From the NCBI GenBank assembly GCA_944386365.1, contig CALXAT010000009.1, forward strand, positions 1,927-65,926: 64,000 nt of DNA, written 5' to 3'. The notes beneath the pieces were generated by a model. That model saw only the letters and a list, made by a program, of their open reading frames with translations. It was not told the DNA's origin and made no database searches. The translations under genes and the position numbers were made by a program. The DNA is from an uncultured Clostridia bacterium. GTDB lineage: Bacteria; Bacillota; Clostridia; TANB77; CAG-508. Shown here in pieces: positions 10,859 through 18,163 of this stretch. Each line of letters opens with the position of its first letter. Position 1 is the first letter of the stretch.

Positions 10859-11182
10859 TTATAATTTTATTTCTATATCTACACCAGCTGGTAATTCTAA
10901 TTTCATTAGACTGTCAACTGTTTTTTGTGTTGGATATAAAATATCAATAACTCTTTTATGTGTTCTCATTTCAAATTGTTCTCTTGAATCTTTGTATTTG
11001 TGTGGAGAACGTAAAATTGTTACGATTTCCTTTTGTGTTGGTAATGGAATAGGACCTGATACCTTTGCTCCTGTTTTTTTAGCTGTTTCTACTATCTTTT
11101 CAGCAGACTGATCTAAAACTACATGGTCATAAGCTTTTAGTCTTATTCTTATTTTTTCACTTGTTGCTACCGTATTTGCCAT
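10859..11182 (-). CDS. rpsJ: 30S ribosomal protein S10
   Basis: [20 protein letters not shown] start with RBS AAGGAGGG. The listed ORF is an N-terminal over-extension. Confidence 0.9.
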   Translation of the reverse strand: MANTVATSEKIRIRLKAYDHVVLDQSAEKIVETAKKTGAKVSGPIPLPTQKEIVTILRSPHKYKDSREQFEMRTHKRVIDILYPTQKTVDSLMKLELPAGVDIEIKL

Positions 11183-11450
11183 TGTAATTTTCCCTCCTTC
11201 TTTAAAATAATTTTTTGATTGTGATAGCAATATTTTGCTATCGAAATTACCGTGGCAAGTTAAAACGCACTCAGGTGTTTTGAATATTACCTATAAAAAA
11301 ACCCAAAACATGCATGATAATTCTGGGATAAGTGCTTAATATTTAAAAACTTACCGCCTGGTCTTTGCCATGACATACTCCACCGAAGTTCCCTCCATCC
11401 TAGTTTTCCGTAAGGATGTAGCCACATTCAGCTTCATCGCTCAATTCATG
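11183..11450 (-). promoter_or_regulatory. putative structured 5' leader of the S10 operon (GC-rich segment plus attenuator hairpins)
   Basis: About 110 nt at ~50% GC (11330-11445), non-coding, lying between a consensus promoter and an intrinsic terminator upstream of the rpsJ RBS. Confidence 0.5.
11294..11326 (-). terminator. intrinsic terminator inside the S10 leader
   Basis: Minus-strand RNA CCCAGAA-N13-UUUUGGG followed by U7. Confidence 0.6.
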
Positions 11451-11457
11451 CTCATAT

Positions 11458-11486
11458 ATTATACAATGATTGCTAATAGTTGTCAA
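11458..11486 (-). promoter_or_regulatory. sigma-A consensus promoter TTGACA-17-TATAAT driving the S10 leader/operon
   Basis: Plus 11481-11486 is the reverse complement of TTGACA. Plus 11458-11463 is the reverse complement of TATAAT. Spacer is exactly 17 nt. Confidence 0.7.
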
Positions 11487-11536
11487 CATTTTTTTGATAA
11501 TTTTTCTTATTTTTTAGGTATTTTTATCCAGATTTA

Positions 11537-11565
11537 TTGCATTCTTAAAATTCTCTTGCTATACT
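11537..11565 (+). promoter_or_regulatory. candidate promoter TTGCAT-17-TATACT for the lipoprotein gene
   Basis: Hexamers at 11537-11542 and 11560-11565. Confidence 0.45.
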
Positions 11566-11597
11566 ATATATAGTATAAATCAAGGAAGGTGTTATAT

Positions 11598-12641
11598 ATG
11601 AATAAATTTTTAGATGATTTAAAATATAATGTAAATTCTGTAGCACATAAAGCAAAAAAAGGATTATTAGTTGGTGGACTATCTTTAATGGCTGCATCTT
11701 CTTTTATTGGGTGCTCAAAAGCCACTTCTGATAAACCTACCACAATAGAACAAACTCAAGAACAAGATACAAGTGAACTTGAAAAAAGATTTGATTATTT
11801 ATCTAAAAATGCTGATGAATTAATTTCAGAATTAGAAGCATATCCTTCTTCTACACTTTCTGATGAAGAAACCTTAAAAGTATCCAACTTTTTATTAGAT
11901 TATGTATTTACCAAAACTTCTCAAAATTTTGGCGGAGAAATTCCAGCAACTGTTATGATACCTAATAAAAATAATAATCTTCTTGATGGTACATTTAAGA
12001 TTCCAGAAGATGAAAGAGAAAAATATTTTCAAGTATTGCAAGAAAATGATGTCCTTTATTTTAATGATGAAGCTGTTGACTTATATAATTCCTATACACT
12101 TGATGAAACTAGCTTAAGAAAAGCTTTATCTTCTGTATATACTGTAAAAGCAGATTTAATAGAAAAAAATCCAGAACTTTTAGATGATTTATCTTACGAA
12201 GATATGCTAAATTTAATTAAATCTTCTTATGTATCTGCATATAATAACCAAAATGACAATGAAAAGGATGTAAGAGCAGTAGATACCACTATACATATTA
12301 ATAAGTTAAATGATTTATTATTTTCTATCAGTACTTCTTTAGAACCAACTATCAAAGTTACATCAAAACAAGCATCTCATGATACCTATAGTGAATATAT
12401 AGATGAACATACGAACGATTCTACTGTTATTAATGATTATAAAGATGCATGTATTGCATATTATCTTAACGACTCTAATTCCTCTATGTTGGATAGTTTA
12501 CAAGAAGCTAATGAAAAATATGAGGTTACAACCGAAGAAGTTATTGATCAATTAATGGATATTAATAGACAAAAGGCTCAAGAAAATCAAACAACACAAT
12601 CTACACCATCTCAAACTGAAACTGATGAAATTAGTAGATAA
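11598..12641 (+). CDS. hypothetical acidic lipoprotein (signal peptide with lipobox ...ASSFIGC)
   Basis: RBS AAGGAAGGTG then ATG; MNKFL... with hydrophobic h-region and lipobox Cys; no recognisable domain. Confidence 0.55.
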   Translation: MNKFLDDLKYNVNSVAHKAKKGLLVGGLSLMAASSFIGCSKATSDKPTTIEQTQEQDTSELEKRFDYLSKNADELISELEAYPSSTLSDEETLKVSNFLLDYVFTKTSQNFGGEIPATVMIPNKNNNLLDGTFKIPEDEREKYFQVLQENDVLYFNDEAVDLYNSYTLDETSLRKALSSVYTVKADLIEKNPELLDDLSYEDMLNLIKSSYVSAYNNQNDNEKDVRAVDTTIHINKLNDLLFSISTSLEPTIKVTSKQASHDTYSEYIDEHTNDSTVINDYKDACIAYYLNDSNSSMLDSLQEANEKYEVTTEEVIDQLMDINRQKAQENQTTQSTPSQTETDEISR

Positions 12642-12646
12642 TGCTT

Positions 12647-12691
12647 AAAAATACCCAATTTTAATATACAAATATTTTAATTGGGTATTTT
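12647..12691. terminator. bidirectional hairpin terminator (13-bp stem AAAATACCCAATT/AATTGGGTATTTT)
   Basis: Perfect inverted repeat between convergent genes, with flanking A/T runs on both sides. Confidence 0.6.
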
Positions 12692-12711
12692 CTATTTATT
12701 CTCTCTATTTT

Positions 12712-12927
12712 TTATTTTTTTATTGAATTCATTTTTAAGTACCTATATATAATGTGCTCCACGTGTGCTAAACTTTCATAGTTCGTTATAAATTTTCCAT
12801 CATGTCTATGTTGCATATGACTTCTTATAATTCGTATTTGTTGGTTATATTCTCTTCGATAAATTTCTGCCAACTTATTTTTACTTAAACCAGCTTTCCA
12901 TTTTTGTATAATTTCATCTTCTTTCAC
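12712..12927 (-). CDS. small putative HTH DNA-binding protein (71 aa)
   Basis: GTG start with RBS AGAGGTG. ...WKAGLSKNKLAEIYRREY... resembles an HTH. A 10-bp inverted repeat ACACTAACAC/GTGTTAGTGT spans the RBS. Confidence 0.4.
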   Translation of the reverse strand: MKEDEIIQKWKAGLSKNKLAEIYRREYNQQIRIIRSHMQHRHDGKFITNYESLAHVEHIIYRYLKMNSIKK

Positions 12928-13066
12928 ACTAACACCTCTAGTGTTAGTGTTTGCAATATATTGTACGGATATTCAGATATATATATTGTATTTACTTATA
13001 AATTTTTATATGTTATACTTCTTTTGTCGCTTAAACATTTTGCATTCATATAAAAGGAGATTCGCT

Positions 13067-13216
13067 ATGAAATATCTTTTTTATTCAGTATTAGCTATTT
13101 GCATTACTGCTATTACTATCACCATTATCATCCAGGTAGGAATAAAGGCCGTAATCGAATTTCTAATCTGGGTCATCATAATTATCTGGATGTTATACGG
13201 CCTTTTTGGTGATTGA
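13067..13216 (+). CDS. small hydrophobic membrane protein (49 aa)
   Basis: RBS AAAGGAG then ATG MKYLFYSVLAICITAITITIIIQVG...; two transmembrane-like segments; followed by a terminator. Confidence 0.35.
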   Translation: MKYLFYSVLAICITAITITIIIQVGIKAVIEFLIWVIIIIWMLYGLFGD

Positions 13217-13221
13217 TTTTT

Positions 13222-13247
13222 GGCTCTTTGGAGCCTTTTTTATTTTT
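13222..13247 (+). terminator. GGCTCTTTGGAGCC hairpin plus T-run
   Basis: Stem-loop followed by TTTTTTATTTTTAT. Confidence 0.5.
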
Positions 13248-13264
13248 ATAAACCTCTTTCTTAA

Positions 13265-13291
13265 CAAAAAACGCCAAACAAAAAGTTTGGC
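13265..13291 (-). terminator. rnj terminator (GCCAAAC/GTTTGGC hairpin plus U-run on the minus strand)
   Basis: Hairpin immediately 3' of the rnj stop. Confidence 0.55.
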
Positions 13292-13306
13292 ATTTCAATA
13301 TTTTTA

Positions 13307-15205
13307 CTATATCTCCATAATAATTGGTATAATCATTGGATTTCTTTTTGTTTTCATAAAAATGTAATCTCTTAAGTTTTCTCTTGTTGCTGACTTAATT
13401 GTTCCCCAATCTCTAATACCTCTTTCTTCACATTTTTTAATTTCATGTCTTACAACAGATTTTACATCATCCATTAGGTTTTCAGATTCTCTAACATATA
13501 CAAATCCTCTTGAAATAACATCTGGTCCTGCTACGACTTCTCCTGTTGAAGAGTCCATTGTTAAAACAATAACTATCAATCCATCTTGTGATAAATGTTG
13601 TCTATCTCTTAAAACAATATTTCCTACATCTCCTACACCAAGTCCATCTACTAATACTCTTCCACAAGGGACTGTTGATGTAAATTCTGCTTTATCTTCG
13701 TTAATTTCTAATACACGTCCATTTGCCATCATAATAATATGGTCTTTATCAATTCCCATACTTTGTGCTGTTTCACTATGTGCGATTAATTGTCTATATT
13801 CTCCATGTACAGGAAGAAAATATTTTGGTTTTGCTAAAGCAATGATTAATTTCTGTTCCTCTTGGCAAGCATGTCCTGAAACATGTACTGCTTCTAATGA
13901 ACTATATACAACTTCTGCTCCTATTTGCATTAAATCATCAATTACCTTAGATACAAATTTTTCATTTCCTGGAATTGGTGTTGCTGATATAATAACTAAA
14001 TCATTTGGTGTAATTTTTACCTTTCTATGGTCTCCCGCTGCCATTCTTGTTAATGCTGACATTGGTTCACCTTGACTTCCAGTCGTGATAATAACTAAAT
14101 TCTCATCTGCATAATTACTTATCATATCAATATCAATAAATATATTTTCTGGACATTTGATATATCCTAATTCTCTTGCAGTTTCAATCATATTTATCAT
14201 ACTTCTACCACATACTGCAATTTTTCTATTATATTTTACAGCTGCATTTACAATTTGTTGTACTCTGTGTACATTAGATGCAAATGTTGCAACCACAATT
14301 CTCTTTGTACAATGTAAAAATAACTTATCAAAAACTTCTCCTACAGAACTTTCTGACATCGTAAAACCTTTTCTTTCTGCATTTGTACTATCAGACATCA
14401 ATGCTAATATTCCTTGATTTCCTAATTCTGCAATTCTTCCTAAATCCATTATTTTTCCATCAATCGGTGTGTAATCCACTTTAAAGTCACCTGTGTGTAA
14501 GACTGTTCCAACTGGTGTTGTTATTGCAAGCATAACAGAATCTGGAATACTATGAGAACTTCTAATAAATTCAATTTTAAAATTCTTTCCCAAAGTTATT
14601 GTTTGTCCTTGTACAACTTCATGTAATTCTGTACTTCTAAGTAATTTATGTTCTTCTAGTTTGTTTCTAATTAATCCTGCAGTTAATTTTGTTGCATAAA
14701 TAGGAACATTAATTTTCTTTAATAAATATGGTACGGCACCTATATGATCTTCGTGACCATGTGTAATCACTAATCCTTTTATTTTATCTACATTTTTCTC
14801 CAAGTAAGATATATCTGGTATAACTAAATCAATGCCCAACATATCATCTTCTGGGAAAGATAATCCACAATCTACTACTACAATCTCATTTTCATATTCA
14901 AAAACCGTAATATTTTTTCCGATTTCATGTAATCCACCTAATGGAATGATTTTTAAATTTGATTTTTTAAAGATTGTTTCCCCTTCTTTCTTTCTCTTTC
15001 TTCTTGCTTTAATAGGTTTTACTTCTTTACTTTCATCTTTTTTCATTTCCATATTGTTTTTTTCATTTTCATTCTTTGTTTCTTTTCCTTCATTATTAAA
15101 TTCTTTTTTTCTTCTATTATATGGTTTTCTTCCTCTTCCTCCTTCTTTTTTTGTGTTTTCTTTTTTTACAAATTTCTCATTGTTTTTTAAAATTTCTTCT
15201 GTCAT
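13307..15205 (-). CDS. rnj: ribonuclease J with an N-terminal K/E-rich extension of about 80 aa
   Basis: Metallo-beta-lactamase motif ITHGHEDHIGAVPY, beta-CASP and RNase J C-terminal regions; 632 aa. Confidence 0.9.
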   Translation of the reverse strand: MTEEILKNNEKFVKKENTKKEGGRGRKPYNRRKKEFNNEGKETKNENEKNNMEMKKDESKEVKPIKARRKRKKEGETIFKKSNLKIIPLGGLHEIGKNITVFEYENEIVVVDCGLSFPEDDMLGIDLVIPDISYLEKNVDKIKGLVITHGHEDHIGAVPYLLKKINVPIYATKLTAGLIRNKLEEHKLLRSTELHEVVQGQTITLGKNFKIEFIRSSHSIPDSVMLAITTPVGTVLHTGDFKVDYTPIDGKIMDLGRIAELGNQGILALMSDSTNAERKGFTMSESSVGEVFDKLFLHCTKRIVVATFASNVHRVQQIVNAAVKYNRKIAVCGRSMINMIETARELGYIKCPENIFIDIDMISNYADENLVIITTGSQGEPMSALTRMAAGDHRKVKITPNDLVIISATPIPGNEKFVSKVIDDLMQIGAEVVYSSLEAVHVSGHACQEEQKLIIALAKPKYFLPVHGEYRQLIAHSETAQSMGIDKDHIIMMANGRVLEINEDKAEFTSTVPCGRVLVDGLGVGDVGNIVLRDRQHLSQDGLIVIVLTMDSSTGEVVAGPDVISRGFVYVRESENLMDDVKSVVRHEIKKCEERGIRDWGTIKSATRENLRDYIFMKTKRNPMIIPIIMEI

Positions 15206-15628
15206 AAAAACTCCTTTCTTCCTTTCTTTTATATTTTCTCAATTTTACTAAACTTATACATTTTGTTTTCTTTTTTATTTACTATTTTTTTACAATTATG
15301 GATTTTATCGAACAAATTTATTGATACAACGTTAAAGACAATATTAATTAAAATATATAATTAATATTATCATATACATACTATATGAATTTAAATATCT
15401 CTTATACAATATTTTTTTAAAGTTTACCGCACACAGATTCAATATATATTTTTCTCTTAAATATATATTCCTTTAAATTTCATAAATTTGTTTTTAAAAT
15501 CTCATTTTAATTTTTCTTTTTAATTATCTCATTTCCTAGTTTTACTTTTAACAAAGTACTTATTTAATAAAATCTCATCTTTTAGCTCTACAGCTAACCA
15601 CTTGTTATATTTTACTATAAAATAGGAA

Positions 15629-15666
15629 AAAAGTCAAATTTTACAAAAATTGAAAATTTGACTTTT
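15629..15666. terminator. 14-bp perfect hairpin AAAAGTCAAATTTT/AAAATTTGACTTTT
   Basis: Inverted repeat with a 10-nt loop and T/A runs on both sides; 3' of the pilin-like gene. Confidence 0.55.
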
Positions 15667-15769
15667 ATTTAATTTTTTTATTTTATTAATTTTTTCTTAT
15701 ACCATCTTCTACTTCTTTATGATTAATTTATTGTTTTCACAATCAACTGAACATTTTTCGTTCTATTGA

Positions 15770-16907
15770 GCACATCTTTAAAAGTTCGTTGTTGCATCAT
15801 AGTTATATTCTACTTCTTGCTGTGTTAATGGTCTATTATATACCCTTGCAGCATATATTTCTCCATTAAATGGGTAACGATTATCTTCTCCATTTGATAT
15901 ATATATATCTGATCCTATTTGTATATTAATATTATTTTGTACTTTTACTAGATTTTCTATATCTCCTAAATTGTAGTTTCTCTTTTTTCTCCATTTACAT
16001 ATAATATGCCTTTATCATTTTCTACATTTGGATTGAATGTATATGTTATATAGGTTGGTACATTTTCTTCGATATAAATTTGGCTTCTTAATCTAGCGTC
16101 ACTTCCTCCTATATCTATATATAACCTTCTATATTCACTATCATGTTTTGGATCTTCTTCTTTCTTATTCCCTATAAACATAAAAAATCCATCTCCTGGA
16201 GTTTTCCTTTTCATCATCAAGATTTGTGCCAATTGATTTTCTGTTTGTCCTCTGAATTTAAAATACATTTCTAATGTTATTCCATTACTATAATCTGATT
16301 TGTCTTCTACTTCTATTCCTTCATCCACACCATCAAACATTAAGGCATTCTCACTCCATCCACTATTTTCATCTCCTTCATTGAAGTTATGCAATATGGC
16401 ATCTCCCCAACTATTTCCATCTGTCATATTTTGTGGATCTGCGGCATATACTAATCCATCTGTTATACATTTCAATTCATTTGTTACAATTCTATGCTTA
16501 TTTTCATCAAATTTCACAATTTCTCCTGTTTCATAATTTACAATATATGATTTATGTAATTGTAATTCTTCTGCATTTTCTGGGGTTAAATAATACCATC
16601 CATCACCATAGGTAGTTCCTGTTTCAGAATCATATATACTTTTGGTATTTTCTGTCTCATTAAATGCAACTTGTTTTAATTTTTCCCCTAATATATGTTC
16701 TTCTATTTGATTTTCATTTACTAATAATCCTATTTGTTCTATATCACTTGCCTCTTCTGTTTCTTCTTTTGCCTGTGTTGCTTTTGTTAATATTCCATTA
16801 TCGCCTGTTAATGTGGCAATCGTTACCCCTGCTAAAATTAATAAAACAATAATAGTAATGACTAATGCTATTAATGTTATTCCTTTATTTTTTAGTCTTA
16901 ATTTCAT
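15770..16907 (-). CDS. prepilin-like N-terminal membrane anchor plus LamG-domain surface protein; frame broken at an A6 tract in this assembly
   Basis: MKLRLKNKGITLIALVITIIVLLILAGVTIATLTGDNGILTKA... The LamG jelly-roll (...LYVNGEK) continues in the -1 frame after the stop at 15966 as ...NGEIYAARVYNRPLTQQEV..., ending at 15770. Confidence 0.6.
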
Positions 16908-17142
16908 AAAATGCTCCCTTCTTTTGTATCACTTCATTATGTAATACATAATATATTATGTATCTAATTAATAATATACCATACTCATAATTTGTTTTCA
17001 ATATTTATATTTTTTTGTAACATAAATGTAATAATTACTTTATATATTTTTTAGCTGTTATACATAATTTTTAATGTATATTGTTTTGCATTTTTATTTT
17101 TTTGTTAAGATATACATATATTTAGCATATAAGGAGGCTATT

Positions 17143-17361
17143 TTGAAATTTAAAAGAATTAAAGATTTAAGAGAAGATAATGATAAACTCCAAAAAGATA
17201 TTGCAAATTTATTAGGTATATCTCAACAATATTATTCTGAATACGAAAATGGAAAAAGAACCATTCCTATTCAGCATTTAATTACTCTTGCAAATTATTA
17301 CAATACCTCTATTGATTACATTGTCGGTTTGACTGATTTAAAAGAAAAGAAAACAAGTTAA
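17143..17361 (+). CDS. XRE-family HTH transcriptional regulator (72 aa, TTG start)
   Basis: RBS AAGGAGG then TTG; ...QKDIANLLGISQQYYSEYENGKRTIPIQHLITLANYY... typical Cro/C1 HTH; divergent from the pilin-like gene. Confidence 0.7.
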   Translation: MKFKRIKDLREDNDKLQKDIANLLGISQQYYSEYENGKRTIPIQHLITLANYYNTSIDYIVGLTDLKEKKTS

Positions 17362-17441
17362 AAAATCAAAGAATTATAATTTTAACTTGTTTTTTATTTT
17401 TCTTTTTTAATATCTACTATCTTGTTATCTCAATATCTATT

Positions 17442-17489
17442 AGATCTGTCCCTTTTGTTTCATTTTGAAACATTTTGACACGTCCCTAA
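17442..17489 (-). repeat. GGGAC dispersed repeat, copy B (full form)
   Basis: Minus-strand TTAGGGACGTGTCAAAATGTTTCAAAATGAAACAAAAGGGACAGATCT; the first TAG is the spoVT stop codon. Confidence 0.6.
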
Positions 17490-18040
17490 ATTTCCATTTG
17501 GGTTCCTAAGAATGTGGCTGCTGATTGTGCTACCTTTTTTTCAACATCATTCATTTTTTGATTGGCTTCTTTAGACATTAATATAACTGTTCCTATTGTA
17601 TCTCCATTTGAAATAATGGGATATACTACTTGTGCATTATATTTTCTCTCTTGATTATCATTTTTAGTAATTGGCATTGCTATATCACTATTTTCTCTAC
17701 TAGTATAAACTTCTTTATCTTCCATTAATTGTTCTAATTCAGGGCTTACATCTTGCTCTAAAAATTCTTTTTTAGAACCTCCTGATACGGCAATAATTGT
17801 ATCTTTATCTGTAATACAAGCAATATGTCCTGTTGTTTTGGATAATGTTTCTGCATACCCTGCAGCAAATTCTGATAATTCTCCAATAGGAGAATATTTT
17901 TTTAATATCACTTGTCCTTCTCTATCTGTAAATACCTCTAAAGGATCTCCTTCTTTTATTCTTAAAACCTTTCTAATTTCTTTTGGTATAACAATTCTAC
18001 CTAAATCATCTATTCTTCTTACGACACCTGTTGCTTTCAT
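17486..18040 (-). CDS. spoVT: stage V sporulation protein T (AbrB-type N-terminal domain plus GAF)
   Basis: MKATGVVRRIDDLGRIVIPKEIRKVLRIKEGDPLEVF...; near-collinear with B. subtilis SpoVT over 184 aa. Confidence 0.85.
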   Translation of the reverse strand: MKATGVVRRIDDLGRIVIPKEIRKVLRIKEGDPLEVFTDREGQVILKKYSPIGELSEFAAGYAETLSKTTGHIACITDKDTIIAVSGGSKKEFLEQDVSPELEQLMEDKEVYTSRENSDIAMPITKNDNQERKYNAQVVYPIISNGDTIGTVILMSKEANQKMNDVEKKVAQSAATFLGTQMEI

Positions 18041-18112
18041 AATTTTCCTCCCTTTTGTTTTATAATTTTGTTATACTTTTATTATTTCTTATTGTTTCTT
18101 TTTTATTCATTT

Positions 18113-18152
18113 TTTGTCAAAAAAAGATTAGTTTTCATAAAACTAATCTTTT
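18113..18152 (-). terminator. hairpin AAGATTAGTTTT/AAAACTAATCTT plus U-run after the KAP gene
   Basis: 12-bp stem; A-run on the plus strand corresponds to a U-run on the minus strand. Confidence 0.55.
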
Positions 18153-18163
18153 CATTTTTTTAT

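Noticed and set aside
11330-11445. The GC-rich S10 leader as SRP RNA, 6S RNA, RNase P RNA or a tRNA
   Set aside because: Bacterial SRP RNA hallmarks (GGAA tetraloop with the AGCAGC/GUCAGGUCC context) are absent. There is no cloverleaf. It is too short for RNase P. It is retained as an unknown leader or sRNA instead.
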